A stretch of DNA of 57,916 nucleotides, counting the filler, from Basidiobolus ranarum (lineage: Eukaryota), in NCBI GenBank assembly GCA_040143965.1. It is 7 parts of 7 records of this genome, joined end to end, with 100 filler letters (N's around TTAATTAATTAA, not from the genome) between each part and the next. Parts side by side here need not be neighbours in the genome. Positions count along the whole stretch, not along the records: positions 49,751 to 57,916 come from JASJQH010001006.1; 6 more parts are not named here. One strand, given 5' to 3'. The notes under the pieces are model-generated. The model had not been told where the DNA came from. It did not search any database and saw only the letters and a list, made by a program, of their open reading frames with translations. Below, in pieces: positions 51,460 to 57,916 of this stretch; position 1 is the stretch's first letter, and each line of letters starts with the position of its first letter. Position numbers and translations under genes: made by a program.

Positions 51460-54400
51460 ATGACGTCAAAAAATTCTACACTCCGGAAACCGGAGCGAGC
51501 TAGTTCTTTTGAAGTTCGTAAACAAGATACTATGAGCAGTTCAATTAGAACAGGGAATATGGATAAGGATATGATTGGTTTATTTAACCCGAATTTACGT
51601 CGAAATGCTTCGTTCACCAATGGCACCCAAGCCGCCATTCTTTATGGAGACTCAAATACGCAAAGCGATGGACTGTCCAGAAACAGTCAAAATTCAAAGC
51701 TCAATGGAGGTATATGTTCAAGTTACGAGTATCCTAAACACAGTTATCAAAATGGCTTTGGTGGTAAACGAGAAGGATTATTTGGTTCGGATATTTTTGA
51801 TACAGAGATGAACGAATATTATAACGCCGTTAATGTAAGCTCAATTTCAAGCATAGGAATATGACCATAATTGAGTATGTATTTAATAGAGTTTTCATTA
51901 TCTAGCATGATGAGGATACATCGTTTGGCCGGGGGAGTGGTTCAGCTAAGGTAATATTAATTGTTAGTGACTTGATTTGAAGATTATTGACATTTATATC
52001 GCATATCAGAGCGGAGACTTCGAAGACTTTAGACACCACCTTAATAAACTGAGCCTAAACTCTACAAGTTCATCAACAGTATATCACTTTGATGGAGATC
52101 AACAGACTCGTACTAGGATGAGATCGAACACAATATCTGTTACTCGTTCAACATCCTTGGCACATTTTTCCATGAATGGGCATCCTAAAAACTTTGGTTT
52201 TATTCACCAGAATGCCAGTAGTCATGGGCAGCGAAATCACCAACGCCCGGATGATACCATTCCCTCGCTTCGATCAGTTCCAGTTTCCAGGAGGAACTCC
52301 TACGATAGATCAAGTGTATGGGAAGGCCGGGAACATCATACTCCGTTTGGTTCAAGAATGCCCATTAATGAGTATGTTTTCACGCATTCTACGTAGCAAT
52401 TCTTGGATACTTACACCCACTCATTTATTCACGCGCATACATAAAATTCTCCCATTGCAGTACTCGGATGTCTCTGTATAGCGATTTTCTAGGAAGTCAC
52501 CACTCACAATCGGTACTTTATGAACCAATCCCTGATTTACCCCGTTTCTCTGAGATACCTATCTTTGAAAAAGATGGTGCTAATTCGAGTGAGTTTTCGC
52601 CACTAATGTGATCAAGTCATTTATACTCTAACATGTGCCGGCTCTTGAACTGTAGATTTGGAACACATGAACTCTAAAAACCCAAGGCCCCCTGTTATTA
52701 CTAACAGAAGTTGGTATTCAGATTTGGTAAGTGAGGCTATGCTGTGGAGTTTTCGTTTTCTAACATTCCTAATCGGTTTGTCAACGCAGTCTACTTCTGC
52801 TGCATTGGATTTGGCACATTCCTCACAAAGGACACGTCCAGATAATTTTAGAATGAGAAATGATGAGTGGGAATGGCCTCCCGCAAACCAAATAAATGAT
52901 CATAGTCAGGCTAGACCGACGTTGAGACACACTGCATCCATGTATACTACTAGCAGAGAGGTGCACGCATTTCCTGTCAAGAATGGAATGTATGCTAACG
53001 GAGCGCCCAAGCAGGTGCTGTTCTCTTCGGATAATGGAATTTCACCGTTTGGCGCAGTTGATGCCGTATATATCGGAGCTCAGCAACATTCCATGGGGCC
53101 TCATGACAGACCAACATCCCCTTCAAGAAATATTTGCCGGTTCTTTCAACAAGGTCACTGCTCTCGTGGAGATACATGCGGTTTTATACATGGGCTGACC
53201 CCTCCCGACTCGGCTCGCTCAATATTATGCTCAGTTGGCCCGTCAAGTTCAAGCTATAATCATATGGGTAGCAACGGGTCCTCTTCATGCAGCCATCCGA
53301 CATCTACGCATAGTTATAACAGTATAGGGACGACCAACGGCAAGCCTTCACCATCCAAGTCTACAAACAGTAGACACGCGCCAAGAAAGTCATCAAGTGA
53401 TATTGATGGGTGTAGCCAGTTTTCTGAGACGCACATTGAAGAGATGGTCGGGAAAATCTATTCGCTGTGTAAAGATCAGCACGGTTGTAGATATCTACAA
53501 AAGCAACTCGAGGAGCAAAAGCCGAAGTCAGTTGATATCATCTTCAATGAAATATCCAGTCACTTTGCAACGCTGATGATCGATCCATTCGGCAATTATC
53601 TCTGCCAAAAACTTCTTGAATACTGTACCGATGGCCAGAGAGCGGTTATAATGGAGTCAGTTTCCTCCGAGCTTGTCAATATCTCACTCAATACGCATGG
53701 CACTCGGGCTGTGCAAAAAATGATTGAATTTTTATCCAACTCTGAACAGGTACCTGCTATAGCCACCATTTTCATACATTGTTTGCCAAACAATTGATGC
53801 ATTCCACTAGATTCAAATAATAATTGCTGCGCTCGGCCCCGATGTAGTCGCCCTGATCAAGGTATATCTCATCATTTGTCTGAGATCCACAAAGCTGTCT
53901 AAGTCCATATTATAGGATTTGAACGGAAATCATGTCATTCAAAGATGCCTTCATTGTTTAAATGCAGCAGACAATCAGGTTCTTGTTCCATCTTATTGCA
54001 CATTCAATTTCATCTGTCATTGAACTCTATTTTTCGTTGATCGGACCGTAGTTCGTGTACAATGCCGTCAGTGAGAATATCGTGGAAGTAGCGTCACACC
54101 GTCATGGTTGCTGTGTTCTTCAGCGTTGTATTGATTATTCATCTGAATCTCAAAAGGTGTCTATCTTGTATTTGCCCAAGTATTTCGTCGTGGCCAGTGA
54201 TTGATGAGACTTCAATTTAGATTCAACTTGTCACAAGAATTACCCATCAAGCACTTGACCTTGTTCAGGTACTCTCCCGTCATCTTCTAGTATACCATAA
54301 TCCTCTAATCCCTTTTGTAGGATCCATTCGGGAATTATGTTGTACAGTATGTATTGGACCTTGATCGAGGTCGCTTTTCTGATTCATTAATTCGCCGTTT

Positions 54401-54906
54401 CCTTGGCAATGTTGATATTTTGTCGGTGCAAAAGTTTAGCTCCAACGTGATGGAAAAGGTATACTTCTTTCGTTTAGCATCATGGTTCACTAACGCCTAA
54501 TGAGTAATTTGTTCTGTTAGTGTATTCGTGTCTCCACTCCCGAAACACGCAAGGGACTTGTTGAAGAGCTGCTCATTCGCGAGACACTTGATAAGTTACT
54601 AAGAGACTCTTTCGGTAACTATGTGGTGCAGACAGCACTTGATTACGCCGAGTTCAATCAACGTGTCATGGTTGGTTTAGTCAATTGATCATTGTTAGAA
54701 TTTAAAGTAGAGTATTAATCACTTGTGTCATTTATCAGCTGGTCGATGCGATCCGACCTCTTCTTCCCGCCATTCGTAACTCACCTTATGGAAAGCGTAT
54801 TCAAGGTAAACTTCAACGCGAGCGTATATACACTCAACATCCAAACATGCTGAATCTTGGCTATAATGGTGTGGCATCCTCTAACCACGGAGCACTTGAG
54901 AATTAG
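51460..54906 (+). CDS. Pumilio/PUF RNA-binding protein (Puf4/Puf5-like) with a CCCH zinc finger, multi-exon
   Basis: CRFFQQGHCSRGDTCGFIH; PUF repeats CKDQHGCRYLQK, DPFGNYLCQK, NTHGTRAVQK, DLNGNHVIQR, HRHGCCVLQR, DPFGNYVVQY, QKFSSNVMEK, DSFGNYVVQT; ends SPYGKRIQGKL..EN-stop; N-terminal exons less certain. Confidence 0.93.
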
Positions 54907-56109
54907 ATTGACACGAGCGATATTAGTTATTCCCATTTGTAGAAGCACATGCTCGATAATGTTTGTATTTTCTACCTAGGGTGGCCACTCAAATATCTTG
55001 AGTCTCTCCACCTAGGTCCTTCACTTTTCTGACAGACCATTGCTAGATACTGAGATTGATTTACGTTACGTTACGTTTCGGTTCAATTGTTCTTTATTGG
55101 ATATTCCCAAATTTAAGGACTTTGGAAGCAATTATCTGAGACTGTGCTCACATTGGATTTTCGGTTCCTGTATATTCGTATAAAATTATTTGTTTATTGC
55201 TATCTAACACCTTCCTATAGTTATAATGTTGCGGAAACTTAACTCAGAACTGAGCAAATCTTGATCACACTTTTGTTTCTTGTACTATTTTATTGATCTT
55301 TACACATTCCTCGAAGATGTCTTGATTTTTATAATATAACGCACAGTTTAGTTCCATTTATTCCGATCAGGAGTCTAGTCTATAAACAACATTCTTTTCA
55401 TCAGTAAAATCATAGTATTTCTATGGATATCTAGTCCTCTGTATTAATAATTCTAAACCAATATCAAAATATCTTCAATTGCTCTTGGATAGACTTTTTT
55501 AACTTGGTCACTCATTTCTAATAGTTATATATCGTTTTCGTTACCTAAAAGAATATCCAAATTAAATGGCTCCATTTCGATTCTTATTCTCCTCATAAGA
55601 GTAGCATAAAGCTTACTCGCATCAATATTTTCAAATCCCACGCTAATTTTGTGGTCTATGGAAGGAATCAACTTCTTCGCTCGAACGTAGTCAAGTTGAT
55701 CCACTAATAGATGACAATCCAACTCTTTAGAGTAAATCTCTCTCTTTTATGATACTTGTTTAGTAATTACTATTGAAAACCTCTTTCTCCTAATCCGCGA
55801 TTGTTTGCTTTGTTTTGACGGACAAAAGAGAAATTTCGATGACGGAAAAGGGTTTGGGTGAATTCTCAAAAATATACTATCAAGATGAAAACAAAAAATT
55901 CTTGGAAAATTTCAGTGACTTTCTCTTTGCTATGTTGTACACATTTAATGTGATTTGCATAACAAGGTCCCTCACCGTCCATGATAATGATGAATGTTCA
56001 AGTGAAAAAAAATACGACTTGGTGACTCTTTAAATATTAGAATGAAGTTGAAATCAATCAAATAGAAATTTCTTGGTTTCGTGTCGTAAAGCCCTCATAA
56101 TACTGGTGA

Positions 56110-57916
56110 TCACCTAGGTCCAAAACGATCTCGCCAAGTCTATATAGGAGGGTTATATATATTCCATTGGTAGAAATAGATTAGTAAAATGGAGTGGTAA
56201 TTGTTAAGTAAAATAAAGCCAATATTACCGGACGTATATCAAATAATTCGACTCCACGCGGATTCTTCAAGCCTATCCGATCATGATTCGTGCACCGGTC
56301 CGCTTTTGTGTACCATTTTTGCATAGTGGACTTATGTTCGATCTCGGCTTTGAACATTCCACGTAGCTCGTGAGGACTCAACTGGAACTCAGTACCAACA
56401 ATGAATTCTTCGACTGGATCTTCGGAAGTACCTTGTGCATTCAATGAAAACACCGAGTCTTCTTCGTCAGAAGAAAAATTCGCAAATGGATCATCCTCTC
56501 CGTTTACCTCCTCACTATTACCATCATTGCCTACACTATTCCAGCACATTTTCACTGGGTCAAATTGCATATTTCCAACAATATGAGCCTTCTTTTTCTC
56601 TCTGAACGGGTATGGGATCAACCCAGGTCGAGTAGGAGATAATAAGCCACTGAGGCGGGATTTGGTAACGCCTTCATTGTTGACAATGTTTTTGTTCGAT
56701 CTCTCAGATGTACCTTCAAGGCCTGTTTTAACTTTGAGATCAATTGGATGGTTCACGCCAGACCGGGTTATAACTAAAAGTAGAATATGAATAACCTAAT
56801 CTAAATCCTATTATACGTGGATTCTTACCTTTCAGGTGCTGGGGGGTTGAGGCTAGAGTTGGCTTTGGGCCGGAGTTTTTTCTGGGTGTATTGTTGACAG
56901 ACCCAGTACTTTTATTATTGATCACATCTGGATAACGCCTTTTAACGACATCCGGTTTTGGGCTTGGTGAAAATGGTTGACTTGGTGTACGACTCTTGTT
57001 AGAGATAGTAGCTGAGTTTTTCCTCAAGAAAGGGTGAGGATTTGATGAGTCTATATCGAAAATGGTTAATAGATGTAAACATCACTCAGATAATCTTTGC
57101 TCAAATACTCTTGAGTATCAAAAATTTCCGCATTACAATGGATTAAATATCACTTACTAGGTTTAGTCTCGACCGTACAGGTTCGCGGACCAACAGCTGA
57201 GGAAGGAGGGGTAGAGGAGTTCTTGGTGGTTGAAAGATGGTTTTGTAGGCGGGTTGAGTGTGTATTTTTAGAATCGTATCTTAAACTCTCACGTACTGGT
57301 TGATATCCATCTCTGGCCTGAGGCGGAGAAGTACTACTTCTACGTGATTGTGTAGCTGTCTTCAGGGATGCTGGACTCTTGATTGAGTCTACAACCCGAC
57401 GAAGACGAGGCTCAGACTTGGAACTTTTGTTATCGGTATTTTGAGAATGTTTTAAGGTAGGCGGTGAGGCGAATTGAGTCGTATTTCTCGTATTAGCTAT
57501 AGTTTTTGGGACAATAGGGCGTATATCCCTTGGCCTTGTACGACTCAGAGGTAGAGGTGGTGGTGGAAGAGATTTCTCTTCATCAAAAGAAGAAAACCGT
57601 ACATTCTGATGGTAGTTAGATTTGGTCATACATGTGCTAATCCATTCATCATTAGCACCGAAATCCAGTCCGTCAACTAATTCATTATACCAATCTGAAT
57701 CACTGGATGAAGTAGAGTGCACTACTTTAACTGCCCCAGTAGTTCGTTGAGAAGAGCCTTTTGACTGAAAATCCTTTCTGTCATTGGAGGCTTTTACATC
57801 GTGTAAAAATACATCTTTTAAAGTATTAACTTTTCTAGAGTCATGTACATTTTAGTAGGGACCCTTTTTAGGATTTGGGCAGGTGGCCCGTGAAATATCA
57901 AGTCTGGAGATGGGAG
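56110..57916 (-). CDS. byr4: Byr4/Bfa1-like spindle-pole-body GAP scaffold, 5' truncated, multi-exon
   Basis: Ser/Thr/Pro-rich body with C-terminal GNMQFDPVKMCW..GN, DPFANF and FIVGTEFQLS..AEIEHK..KW resembling the Byr4/Bfa1 C-terminus; exact last exon uncertain. Confidence 0.65.

Noticed and set aside
55400-56033. Short ORFs between the PUF and Byr4-like genes
   Set aside because: No recognisable domain; interrupted by stops

Overview
Eukaryotic (fungal) DNA, AT-rich, with short GT-AG introns (about 45-150 nt) that often carry CTAAC-like branch points. Gene style suggests an early-diverging fungus such as Basidiobolus (inference only). The window is not contiguous. Six identical 100-nt artificial linkers (N44-TTAATTAATTAA-N44) join seven contigs of decreasing length (8211, 8203, 8195, 8184, 8179, 8178, 8166 nt), so synteny across linkers is meaningless. 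Housekeeping-type genes: MYG1, thymidylate kinase, TBC Rab-GAP, UNC-93-like MFS transporter, aquaglyceroporin, Yap/AP-1-like bZIP, CCCH+Pumilio protein, Byr4/Bfa1-like. Accessory or secreted genes: BBE-like FAD oxidase, signal-peptide GST with a G7 frameshift, GXWXG/DUF4334 protein, PAF-AH-like hydrolase, PLB-like GDSL lipase, GNAT, a Tyr-rich 31-aa repeat protein. Intergenic DNA holds a deleted Ty1/Copia element and about nine copies of its LTR. Best leads: (1) a secreted, intronless protein whose motifs align by eye with CD38/ADP-ribosyl cyclase NAD+-consuming enzymes (21069-21743); (2) a decayed protein-primed DNA polymerase B fragment bracketed by inverted repeats, a possible Polinton/virus or linear-plasmid relic (about 10300-13000); (3) isolated (TTAGGG)2 telomere-repeat dimers in repeat-derived DNA; (4) the Tyr-rich charge-block repeat protein; (5) the apparently secreted GST. 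All calls come from reading motifs by eye; no database searches were run.
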